A stretch of DNA of 64,000 bases from Microbotryum violaceum (lineage: Eukaryota). Where the stretch lies: the NCBI GenBank assembly GCA_001244265.2, contig CDLV01000013.1:124001-188000 (forward strand). Direction: 5' to 3'. The stretch's first letter is position 1. Each line of letters starts with the position of its first letter. The position numbers and the translations under genes were made by a program. Shown here piece by piece: positions 13,400-24,900 of this stretch. Below the pieces are notes generated by a model, which was not told the DNA's origin, did no database searches, and saw only the letters and a program-made list of their open reading frames with translations.

Positions 13400-14320
13400 C
13401 GAAGAGGTTCAGGATGAGATCTGAGCCCTCCACGATGCCGTTCGAGCGTTGCCTTCGACTTTGCGCTTGTCATCGTCGCAGAAGGAGACCCACGTGCTCT
13501 ATAACTTGCAATGTCGCCTCGAAAAGGTGTAATCTTGTTTGCGGCATGGAGTTCGGGACGACGATCTCGACTCGTACACGCCCCCTGCGACTCGAAGCAA
13601 CGACCGAAACGACTGGAATGACTTCAAGACCAGCCGCTTCTTCCGTTGTCTCCTCGAAAAGAACGGACTCGAGGGTAAGTGTAGCGTCTGCCTTCCTGAC
13701 TCATCCCAAAACCGCTTACTCTCCATTACAAGACGCTACTCTGACAGACAAATCCATCACTCGGACCCCTACAAAGTCCCGAAAGACTTCTCTGCGCTAC
13801 AGGCGATTGGATCACGCTACTGGGAACAAGTCAAAAACTTACCAGATCTCTGGGAACAATGGAAGGAAGCGAGGGCAAGTGAAGCGCGTGATCGAAAGGA
13901 GACCGCTCGGCCCCTCAAGCGATGGCGAATCGATTCTGCTAACATCTCCAAACTGCGGCGCAGATACGAAAATGCGATGAACGAGCTGGTCCGTGACGAC
14001 TCGGCTCTCCGTTTCTGCCTCCTCAGAGGCCAAGTTCCCCCTGCTGACTTACGTAGCTCGGCACCGAATTAGGTTGAGCAGTATGCTGAGGGCTACGGCT
14101 TCGACGCGTTAGTCATCGTCAGCTCGAACAAGCTCGAGAACAAAAATGATCGTTTTATCGTTTCTACGCTTGGCGGCGCAGCTTTCATGCGACGCCAAAA
14201 CTGGGATTCTGAACAGCAAAATAATATACTGGTAACTTCACGGATTGCGTAATGGGACTCGATTCAATCAGGAGCAAGACGCACAATATAAGATGCGGGC
14301 TTACGTTCTAAAGCTTGTTT
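13400..14320 (+). pseudogene. Orphan spliced ORF of unknown function, frameshifted at its 3' end and partly fold-back duplicated
   Basis: Coding-like segments DWNDFKTSRFFRCLLEKNGLE, YWEQVKNLPDLWEQWKEAR...RRYENAMNEL|VEQYAEGYGFDALVIVSSNK..., with plausible introns (GTAAGT at ~13675; GTCCGT..AG at ~13988-14072). 1-nt deletions after ~14230. Confidence 0.45.
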
Positions 14321-14450
14321 TACAAGCCCCGCATCTTATATTGTTCGTTTTGCTCCTGATTGAATCGAGTCCCATTTACGCAATCCGTGAAGTTGACGAG
14401 AATGTTGTTTTGCTGTTCAGAATCCCAGTTTTGGCGTCGCATGAAAGCTG
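14179..14450. repeat. Inverted repeat / hairpin, ~125-bp arms, ~20-nt loop
   Basis: Left arm CAGCTTTCATGCGACGCCAAAACTGGGATTCTGAACAGC...AATATAAGATGCGGGCTT is the reverse complement of right arm AAGCCCCGCATCTTATATT...GCTGTTCAGAATCCCAGTTTTGGCGTCGCATGAAAGCTG, with scattered mismatches. Confidence 0.95.
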
Positions 14451-15070
14451 ACTCGCAGCCAGTCGGGGCCCAAGCACGAACGCACGCCGAGAGCGCACAG
14501 TCGGACGGTACCGGATTTTTCTGAGGAAGAATTACACTGTGTCCAAGGCCTGTTTGGTTTGGTCAAAAAATGGTGTGACAGTGTGTGACCTCTGGAGCTT
14601 TTATACGGTCCAGACAGGCCGGAATACCGCTAAGTGCATGCCATCGAGCTCAATCTCGATGTCATTTGATCAGCGCTTCCCAAGATGCTTTGCCGAGGGT
14701 CGTGCGGAGAGAATAGCTCGGGATCGCGCCCGATTGCGAGCCCCTGAACCAACCAGTTTGGACTCTGGCCTCCGGCCACTCACTAGCACAACGAGAAGCG
14801 AGCGTGCATACCCGCAGCTATACTCTTAGTCTCACGTTCTCATTATCGGCGCACCACCTTAGCGCGAAGGCTCGACTCGTGCCCATGACGGACGGCTTTG
14901 AACCACTATACAGCCATGAAGGTGTTCGAAAAGGGGCCCATAAAGAGACAAAAGCCTGATATAAACGCCCAAAAATGACACAATCCCCTGTATTTGACGG
15001 GTTGGTTCTCCCTGGCACCCATTGACGCTGCTGAGTTGACTCGGCTCCTGCAGATGCCAAGTGTTTCAAG

Positions 15071-15805
15071 TGTTAGAAGTGGGGTCTGAGATCTGAGAGC
15101 CTAACTCTTTTCTATTAGCCTTGTTAATTCTTTACTCTGCGTGCGCGTCTATATCTCTGTCTTTGCGTCTTTTTTCTTTCTGGTCTTCTTCTCCACGCTA
15201 ATCTCTCACTCGTGTATCTCGGAGCTGAGTCGTGGAGTACCTCTTAGTCCTTATCTGTAAAAGGTTATGAGCTCAGCGAGCGAACCCGATTCCCACAATG
15301 GGGCGGGCAATCGCTTGTACCTCAACTTGAAGGACACCAAAGGGCACAAGAGTTGGGCGTCAAAGGCGTATCTCAATTTACGAGGCGACGCACTATGGGA
15401 CCTTGTTATCCACTCGGTAGACTCCCTCGTCGCGGACTATCGGTCCACCCTCGTTTCCGCCAATACAACTGCGTCCGTCGCGCCTGTTGAACCAGCCTCC
15501 CCAGCTTTAGCGGGCTCCGGGGGGAGATCTGGTTCCGCGCCTTCAGCGGACGTCTTGCCCACTCTCACCAGCGTCCAAATTGCGGACAAAGTCGCGGCAT
15601 TTCGCGATAAAGCCAACCGTCGGAACGAGTTAGCATGCAAGTTCCTCGCCAATGCGCTTTCCGAGGAACAGATGGGCCATTGCGAACATCTCGACTCTGC
15701 GAAGGACATTTGGGACACGCTGAAAGGGATCCACTCTCTCGGCTAACTCGACGTTCATAAGGAGCTTAGGATGGATTTTGAGTCCGAGTTCGACTTCAAA
15801 AATAA
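15071..15805 (+). mobile_element. Truncated Ty1/Copia retrotransposon: 5' LTR (~15071-15262), PBS and gag fragment
   Basis: LTR starts TGTTA and ends TAAAA (near TAACA), followed directly by GGTTATGAGC (half-tRNAiMet-type PBS). ORF 15267-15746 has Copia gag motifs (SWASKAYLNLRGDALWDLV; LACKFLANALSEEQMGHCEHLDSAKDIWDTLK). No pol or 3' LTR. Confidence 0.85.
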
Positions 15806-16720
15806 CATGTCTCCATCGCGATGATTGGCTGGTATCGATCAACATTCGGCGTCTCAGTTCCTACGCCACGGTAGGAGGCTGCCAGAAGCATCTCCTCCTT
15901 CTTGTCCGGACCAAACCTGCCGAGAGTCATCCCTTCTAAGATGTCCCAATTGCGTCGCTGGCCGATATCAAGCGAATGTGACCTGAGGTCCTCGAGCAGT
16001 GGTAAATCACCAGGCACCTCGCGAGATCCCGTCCTGTGGCGTCGAGGCATCATGGATCGCTTCCCCCGCTGCGGCGTTGCAAAAGCCCCTTGCTAAAGCC
16101 TTCGCCCTTGTTCTTGATGCAAAGACTCGCACTGGGGCGTGGTCGAAGAAAACAGCTTGAACGAAGAGAGGCATAGAGGTAAAGGCGGTACGATCACGGG
16201 CGGTCGAGTTGGAGTGTCGAAGCTCACGGTTTCGATTTGGGTAGGGCAACGGGCCTCGGCGCGTAGGAGGCCGAGTTTGAGAATTTGAGTGGCAGAGACA
16301 CGGCAGCAAAGGTGACGAGCTCGATGAGCCGTCCCAATCAGGGCAGTTCCTTTACCATGGCCGTGAGAAAGAACGATCCTCCGCCCCGAGTGCCGAGTTT
16401 CAGATTTTCGTCTTCTAAATCTGCGCCCCAGAATAATTAGTTAGTCCTGTGATGAGAAGTGTAGGGTGCAAAGCCGCCACCCCTAGAACCCACCAATCCA
16501 GCGTCTGTTGCCAGACGGTCGTTCAAGGCTCATCGCACCTATCAAATATATCAAAGCTGACACGTCTAGAGATCCCCGAGCTGCCTCGCGGACCCGCGAT
16601 ACGAGCCAAACTGCTTCCTGCCTCCTTGATCTTGCAATCCTTCAGATTCAGCTTGAGCAGATCGAGCACAGGGTACCTGCTCGTCATAGTACAGTTGTTC
16701 TCATCGTGCGCACCAGTATG
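15806..16720 (-). pseudogene. Decayed, internally deleted copy of the 5' half of the Fab1-like gene at 21936-27978
   Basis: Collinear similarity: PLLEDLRSHSLDIGQRRNWDILEGMTLG...TPNVDRYQPIIAMETC vs PLLEEVRSQSLDLGERRSWDILGGMNLG...TPNVDRFQRIINAMETC (26130-26350); 16290-16430 vs 26860-27000; VLDLLKLNLKDCKIKE vs VLDLLKQSLKGCKIKD (~27730-27780). Contains frameshifts and deletions. Confidence 0.9.
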
Positions 16721-17923
16721 ACTGGAAAAAAGCGAATCGTGTTGGATGCAAGAGGCTGCAATCGTTTCGAGGTGCAAGCTGGGGGAGGAAACGACCGGTT
16801 GGTCAGGGACCCTCTTGTGCGGTCATGCAGGAGGTTGATGACCAACGCTGACGTAGGGAGCCGCAGCACTTACGAGCCTGGCTGCGATAACGACGCGAGG
16901 CTGACGCGAGACTGACGCGTTACGCTGACCTCGCTGACGACTCGGCTGCTGGTATGCTGACGTAGGTTGACTTTGGAATCATTGGAGAGGCCTTTGTGGG
17001 GCTCAAGACTGCCACAGATCGTCACGTCGCCGCTGGCGCAGCACTCGCTCACGTTCAGTAGCCTGAGGGTGGGCAACGGCTTTGGCTGACGCGCAAGGAG
17101 GGGCAAACGCGCGAACAGAGACAGACATTTGACAGGCAAAGACAGGCAGGGACAGGCAGGGAAGCTAGTGACAGGTTAGTAAGGTAGAGAGCCGCCAGGA
17201 CCTCAGCTGCAGACCGAACTTTTGCGGGCTGACGCGGAAAGGCGCGCAGCCTCTCGTCGCAAGCTCGCGCAACTGCACGCAACTGCCACACGTACTGGCC
17301 GAGGAAGCTCAACTGCGCTCAAGGAGGCTCAAGGAGACTCAACTTTTCAAGCGTGAGGGTACGCCGTGACAAACAGAGGAATTCGATTTTTGGACAGGAC
17401 TATCGTAGTAGCTTTGACGACGGGCCAAGTCTTCATCGCATAGAGTGTCCGACAATCCGAAGTAAGAGTAGAGAAGGCTCACATTCTCAATCTCAATCAA
17501 GAGTAAGAATTCAACCAGCGGGAAGAGGAATACAGACATTACTGCAGCATTATCGTCTCACGGCAACGACCAAAAATACCCCCGTGATCCGATCGATACA
17601 TATCACGAGGGAGGAGGGACGAGGGACAAGAGCCAGCGTGTGACCTCTTACGAAAATCGAGTTGTAGAAAGTAAAGAGAGGACCAAGCCGTGAAAATGGG
17701 GAGCTTGCAGTGGTCGTGGGAGGCGGCACTTGATTGGGCGGTGCTCGATCTACCGAATGTAGCATAGGCAGACGGTCGAGCTCGAGAGCGAGAGTCTAGG
17801 AGTCGAGACCAGAGCGAAGGAGACGAAGGGTGAATTGGGCACGCGGCGACGCGAGAAGGGTGGTGACGGTTACGCCGGAAAGGCGAACGCGCGCGGAGTC
17901 TAGAGTTGGAAGTGGAGGAATAC

Positions 17924-19523
17924 TCATATATGACGAGACACCACTTCCAGTATCTCCCGCAAAACCGCCTGGACGGCGGTCATCTTCTGCTTGTTTGCGA
18001 CCGCGACCTCGGCCACGCTTGCCCCTGGAGCACCAAGATCGATCGGAAGGGTGCACATCATACGCTCCACAAAGTCGTGCATGTCCGGGCCGAGCTTTTC
18101 AAAATCTTCAAGGAACCGTTTGCGCAAGATGGGGTGCTCGCCTTTCCCCCATAGCGCCGTGCGGGCGAGATCTATCGGAGCCACCGGACGCCGCCGTCGA
18201 CCGCGGCCACGAGGACGAAGATCCAGGTCTATCCATAAGTCCGCAGAGAAGCAGTGGCCGACGAACTCGTCCAGAACAAACAAGAACCAATAGACTGCTG
18301 ACTCGAAGTCGTGGTGCAGGGCATGCGAAGGGAGCTTGCTGAACTGCGCACCCAGCAGGAGCCAGGAGCGAACCTCCCAGGATACGGTTGCGCGCGTGAA
18401 TCGGATCGAACCGGCGTCTTCGGCAGCGACAGGAACCTGTTCACCCGGCTGGGCAACGATGCCCGTCTCCCAGTCGACCAAAACAAGGTGTTCTTGGTAT
18501 TGGAGGATGTTGCCGATCGACAAATCGCGATGGTGGATGCCGAGATCGAAGAGCGCAGGCAGAATGGTGAGAAGCTGGTCGAAAACTTGGCAAAACTGGA
18601 AGAGTGTGCGCTGCTCATTGCGGGCATCGTCGAGGGCTGTAGGTAAAGGAGTAGGATTGCGCATGATGACCACATCGAGTGTGCGCCGACGCGAGTGTCG
18701 CAGTCGTCGTTTAAACTTTTCCGATACCAGGAGTATGGGCAAGGCGCTCTCCTCCATTTGCGATCGATGACGACCGAGCGACTTGGCCTTCTCGGGGAGC
18801 GCGACATATTTTTCCATGAGCTGCGCCGATTCTGACGGAGCCTCGGCTGCGCAGCGCTCGACGATCCTATTCAGCACATCCGCTTCGTGTCCGACAAAGT
18901 TCTGCGTCGTGAGCTGGATTTTGACCACGAACAAAGGCTCTAGATAGTCCGTCGATACGGAGCAGGTACCAAGCTCGGGGGCGTGAGCTGAAAAGTGACC
19001 GTAGACCGCTCAAAGACAGAGCTGCCGTTGGCGACTGTGGAGTGAACGAGTCTGACGGGTTCCTTGGCGATGAACTCGACGGTGCGACCGACCAGGGGGG
19101 CGTCTGCTTCGAGCTCGGACGGTCGAAGATATCTGGTACACAACGCGACGGGGGCAATGCCGGTCTCGAGTTCGCATGCATAGCGAAACAGAGGTGATAC
19201 TCCGGCCGAGAAGACGTCCAGCCCGAGTAGAACGGAAAGTACCGAAGCGAGCTCGCCAAAGCCCTCGCCCCAGCAGTCCGAGATGATGGCGATCCGGCAC
19301 CCTCGTGATCGAGGACGACTAGATAGGCTGTGTCATCATGATGGATGGCGAAGCCAGGCGCACACATGCGTGCCGGTTGCGTGAGCACATCCCGTGCCAG
19401 GTTGAGCAATACATTGACGAGAGGATATGGGGTTTCACGTGAATGATCTTCCGAGTCACAGGCTTCAAAAGCCAACGGGACGAGCGTAGCTCGCGCGATC
19501 GATGCCCCCGTCGCCGAGGTCAT
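17924..19523 (-). pseudogene. Fungal-type protein kinase (FunK1 / Pkinase_fungal-like), frameshifted
   Basis: GIHHRDLSIGNIL...LVDWETG...PSHALHHDFESAVYW motifs; upstream QPARMCAPGF..YLVVLDHEG region typical of FunK1. Frameshifts near 19300 and 18970 without evident intron signals. Confidence 0.75.
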
Positions 19524-19786
19524 CCCGTTGCAGTATGGTAATATGAGCGGACGATCAGAGACAGGGGGCTGATTACTATCGAAACGCAGAGATCGGGATG
19601 CCGAAAACCGAGAAACACGCAGAAGTGAAACCGAGAATGATAGATTCGCAGAAAGATCCTCTCCTCAAGTAGTCCACCCCTCCGAAAGTCGTCTCTCTCC
19701 AAAGGTGGTCTGAGTTGCGTGTAGTAGTCTCTCCGAACAAGAAGCGAGTCCTCCCTCTAACGCCAGGGCACTCCAAGCCCTCCGGG

Positions 19787-19987
19787 TGTAAGGCGCCGCT
19801 CCGCTTACGCCTCACGACGACCTCGAGCCGACCTCTGCGGCCTCACGCTTGCCCTCGCGCGCGGCGCCGCCGCGTCTCTTGACCTTAGTCCTTTTAGTAG
19901 TCTTTCTTCGCCTGCGAATTACACCGTTTGATCCTTTCAGTTTGGACTCGGAACCAGTGAGGCTCGAGAGCAAACTCGTGCCTTTCA
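19787..19987. mobile_element. Solo LTR (201 bp) with 5-bp TSD CCGGG
   Basis: TGTAAGG...CCTTTCA termini, CCGGG on both sides, highly similar to 46785-46989. Confidence 0.9.
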
Positions 19988-20164
19988 CCGGGCCAGCTTC
20001 CTCCTCTTTTCCGACACTCGGCCTTCTGATCACGTCATACTTCGTCCTGATCACGCCAGTCCTTGCTCTGAACTTTTCCGCTCATGTGGCGCTTAGGCCG
20101 AGTTAGCCGAATCTGCGCTTCCCGACTACGCGACTCCAGCCCGATCCCCGAGACCACCGAATTA

Positions 20165-20373
20165 GCCGACGCCCGCGTGACCCGAGTATGTACTCTAATT
20201 CAGCCGACGAGATCAGGAGTCCCATCTCATTTCCGACAACAGGAGTCTCATTTCCCTGCACGCGACGGGATCCCGAGTTCCACAACGATCAGGAGTCCCA
20301 TCTCATTTCCGACAACAGGTGTCTCATTTCCGACTTTGCTGCACGCGACGTGATCCCGAGTATGTACCACAAC
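20165..20373. repeat. ~80-bp tandem repeats (GATCAGGAGTCCCATCTCATTTCCGACAACAGG...) at the outer edge of the large inverted repeat
   Basis: Two near-identical units plus a partial upstream unit. Confidence 0.85.
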
Positions 20374-21683
20374 TCCCTCCAGACGAGGAGGTCGCCCCGA
20401 CCGACTGATTTGAAAATGGGTCTGTGTTGAGAGGCCTCTCGTTCTCTCCTTCTTCCACCACCCGCGACACTCGATCCTCCAGCATGTCCGACCTATCGCA
20501 GACCCCCGCCAACTCTGTTACTCCTCAGTCCCCCTCCGCCGACGACTTCCAGGCCCTCAAGGAAAAGGTCATCGAGCTCGAGCGGCAACTCGCCGAGCTC
20601 AGAGACACCATCGACCCCGACTCCTTCAACAAGCGGTTCTCCGATGCTATAACTGACTCGAATAAGGAGCTCTGCCGAGTCCTTACTTGGCAGTACGTCT
20701 CGATCTGTCGGCGCCTCCTTATCATCGAAGGTCGTATAGATATCCCCGATTCGTACATTTCTTGTGTCGTGCCGGTCGATTTTAGATGCCATGATCTGTC
20801 GACTCCGGGATCGGCTTCGTCCTTCTTGACGGCTGGGTCGCGTACGCTGTTGACTTCGGGATCGGCCTCGACATCCTTTTGCTTTGCGACAGGATCTCGA
20901 GTGTCGGGATTAAGGACCAACTCCATCACTGCTCGGGGTTCTTCGGGTACCACCACCTCTCGATTGGCGGGCAACGCAAAGGACATTTCCTCAAGCCCAC
21001 GCGGAGATAATCGGGCCAGTTCTTCGTCGGTCAGGTAGTGGAACTCGCCTCGGGTGAAGCGTCGCGTCGCGGACTTTGCCAGGCGCCCATGCCGTTTGGG
21101 CTCATGCCCGACCCTACGGTGATTCTGGGACAGTGACGACAAGATCATGGCATCTAAAATCGACCGGCGCGGCACAAGAAATGTACGAATCGGGGATATC
21201 TATACGACCTTCGATGATAAGGAGGCGCCGACAGATCGAGACGTACTGCCAAGTAAGGACTCGGCAGAGCTCCTTATTCGAGTCAGTTATAGCATCGGAG
21301 AACCGCTTGTTGAAGGAGTCGGGGTCGATGGTGTCTCTGAGCTCGGCGAGTTGCCGCTCGAGCTCGATGACCTTTTCCTTGAGGGCCTGGAAGTCGTCGG
21401 CGGAGGGGGACTGAGGAGTAACAGAGTTGGCGGGGGTCTGCGATAGGTCGGACATGCTGGAGGATCGAGTGTCGCGGGTGGTGGAAGAAGGAGAGAACGA
21501 GAGGCCTCTCAACACAGACCCATTTTCAAATCAGTCGGTCGGGGCGACCTCCTCGTCTGGGGGGAGTTGTGGTACATACTCGGGATCACGTCGCGTGCAG
21601 CAAAGTCGGAAATGAGACACCTGTTGTCGGAAATGAGATGGGACTCCTGATCGTTGTGGAACTCGGGATCCCGTCGCGTGCAG
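20256..21683. repeat. Large fold-back inverted repeat: ~540-bp near-identical arms (20256-20797; 21142-21683), ~345-bp spacer
   Basis: ORFs 20424+ and 21515- encode identical N-termini (MSDLSQTPANSV...LKEKVIELERQLAELRDT) apart from VV/AA, and the other frames also match. I found only three substitutions. Confidence 0.97.
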
Positions 21684-21935
21684 CAAAGTCCCCTTATTCA
21701 AGCCTCCAAACTTTTTCGGTCCCACTGCACCTTGACGATGCAAGCGGGGTACCACTTGCTCCACCCGACTGGTCGCAAAACCCAAGAGTGTGGTCTTAAT
21801 CTTACCAGAACAAGATGAACAGCGAAAAACAAGGATGAGAAGGTTGCAAACTGCTTGTACAAATGCCGGTATCGAAGCCAGTGATACGAGAGACAGAGGA
21901 GGAAATTAAAAGGGACTCGAGCGATCCTTTGGATT

Positions 21936-24900
21936 CTAAAGCACCGAAGCTAATCTCGGGTCGGTCATCATCGCTTCGAGGTCGCCAGGTGGTTTAGAGA
22001 ACTTGTCGGGGACGCTGATGAAGTACGCGTCCATAGCTATGAACGTTTACACAACGTTTACTCCTCAGTTTGATCGTTCCGCCTATAATCTTCTGATTCT
22101 AGCGGGCAAGTCCACTCACCCGATTTGAACCTCGTTGCATAATCGGTCGGAGGAAGGACGGTGACTTGGTTTGCGTCCGATGCGGTTGCCTTCTTGACGC
22201 CGGACTTGACCTGATGCTCGACGAGTTTGAGGGTGTTGAAGACGCCTAGGGTATCGATCAGACCGATGACGAGCTCTTTCCTGTGATTTTGGGAGACATA
22301 TCAGTACAATGCCCCTATGAGCGCCGGAATCTACTTTGACTTACTTCTTATCATTCACACCAACGAGCAACGAATAATCGACCCCCCCATTATCCGACAA
22401 GAACTTGACATCATTCGACAACGCCTCCCTCAACAACGTCTTGGAATGCGCATAGATGAGTAAGCGGTCCTGCGTGAGCCAATCGCCATCCCAACCCGTC
22501 TTGCTCGTCGTCGAAGCAGAGTCATTCGTCGTCACCTTGGCCGTGCGGGATGCTACGCCTTTCAAATCGAAGGTGCGCGTGATGGAGGTGGAATGGAAGA
22601 GGTGCTCCATGCATATGAGGTCGAGTTTACGTACTTCGCCCGTTGCGTGGTTCTTGACTTTGATGGTGTAGAAGCCGAAGATCTTGGCGAGCAGGCTGGC
22701 GACTTGGGGGCTCATGAGGTAGTCGAGCAAAGCAGGGCAGAAGGAGAGGAAGGCTTCCCGTTCCGAAACGCCCCAAGCAGTGACCTATCGATGCCGATCT
22801 ACGGGTCAGTGATATTTCCCGATATTTGTGGACAGCCACACGCAGCGCACCAGTTCCTTGAGCATGAACCGTCGATCCCCCGTGATCCAAAACCCAGCCG
22901 AGCTCTTCCCTCCCGAAGGCCTCAAGTCGCTACACCTCGACAACGACTCGACGAACCTGTGAGCACGCATCAACATGTTCAGTGCCGAAATCGAATTTTG
23001 CTGACTGAGCGATCGGCGATACTCACAAACTCTCGCTAAGACCACATCGTGCGCGCAAAGCGCGAAAGCGCGCAGCGTACCACGCCGTCACACGGAACGA
23101 CTTGTCACCATGCCTAAAGTCTTCGATCACTCGAGCGCAAGTCAGCAAAATGACGCGATTCCTCATCAGTGCACCCATGAATGACTCACTGAACTTGGTA
23201 TGCCCCGAATTCGAGATCCCCATCAGATTCGTGGCTCTGGAAGACCCGCCAAGCCCTCTCAACGAGTCCGGTAAACTCAGCAACGTCGAAAAAGCATGCG
23301 TGAGGAACTTGGGACTGGTCGTCGCTTCTTGCGTTTGCGAACGCGCGGGAACGGTAAGAAGGGACCCAGTGGTGCATTCTTCTCCGGCCGTGTATTCTGT
23401 TGGGCTACGAGATGGTACCGGTGTACCGGGTCGCGTCGACGGTGCCGAGTCCAGCGACGAGAGCGAGGCCAGCGATCGACTAGGAACGTCCGCCGAGCCA
23501 CTCATGGCCTTCTCCGGACCGTCGGGAAGTGACAGCGACGACGACGAAGAATACGAAACAACGCTCGTCGTCGTCGCTTCCGCAGCCAGCTTCTTGACAC
23601 TCAAACCAGCAATGATGGTCGGCGTTGCTCGTCGGACCCCAGCACGCGGAGGAGTCGAAGTCGTCGACCCCGAAGTGACGAGTAGATCCTCGAGGACGTC
23701 GATCGAGGTAGGCTCCGAACGAAAGATGCTCCCTTTGTCAAAGCTCTGCTCGGGCGTAGGGGTCGGCGATGGCGAAGGGCGAAGCGAGCTCCCCGTCCCC
23801 GCATTCGGCTCACATGATCGTTGTCGACCCAATCGTTGCAGCACCGATCCGGCTCTGACGGTTTTCTTGGGCTTGGCTTTGTACTCGACCTCGTCGACGG
23901 GAGCGAAGTTTGCATTCGGGTCATCCGGATCCAAGATCCTGACTCGAGAAGGACTCTTTGACAAATTAGTCGCCTTAGTTTCCGAAGCCGGCTTGGGTCC
24001 CGACTCCAACGAAGTTGCAGCGTTGATGTGGCTAGTGAATTCGGCTGGAATCGGTTGACGAGATGGCTTGCGAGTAGGAGGTAGCAAGTCCGAGTTGATA
24101 GAGCCCCACAGGCTGTCAGGCGTCACTTTTCGAGAAGGAACCGAAATGGGTGCGTCGACTTCCTCTTGAAAAGCTTTGGCGCTCAAGGCTAGAGAAACTC
24201 CGATTAGGCAACACGCAAACACTATTGTTAACACTCTCCTGACTCACTTAATGCAATGAAGGATGAAGGCTCGTCCTCCCTCACGATGACGGACGAATCG
24301 ACCGGGAACAGATGCACGATCGGATTGACCAAGTATTCCGGCTCAGAGTAGGTCGGAGCCTCGAGGGAAACTCCCCCCAGTTCAGCCGCATGCTTCAGCT
24401 CCCACGCCGCGACCCGAGCTTTGTCAGATTTGGCCAAGCCGAGGAAGAAATAGCGTCCTTCGTTGAGCTGATGCGCAGAAAGACATTCGGCGAAGCGGAG
24501 ACATTCTTGCGCGTTCTCCTCGACGAGCGTTTGGAGTCTTTGGAAAAGGTCGTGCGTTGATGGTGGGGTTGATTCGACTTCGGGGTTCGCTGAGGAGATC
24601 GACTCGGTCGATTCGGTTTGGTGTTCGAGGATCGTATCTCCCGAGTTGGATCGCTCTCGACTTGTGGATCTCGACTGCACTGGTTCTTCTAGAAGTGTAG
24701 TGGGTGGTTCGGGCATTGCAGCAGCCGTGTTGGACTGCAGCCGCTCGTCCAAGTTAGTCAGTCGAGCGCGCAGCGAGTCGTAGAAAGATGCTACGAAACG
24801 AACGCGGAACATTTAGCTCGGGGCGTCACACCTCGTAGCTCAACCCAACGACAGCTCACATATCTCCGCCTTGAGCAACTCTAAAGGTGCAATATCTTGC

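Noticed and set aside
17340..17620. Decayed host-gene fragment (EMC1-like IVVALTTGQV...EEEY)
   Set aside because: Short, stop-interrupted and too weak to call without a search.
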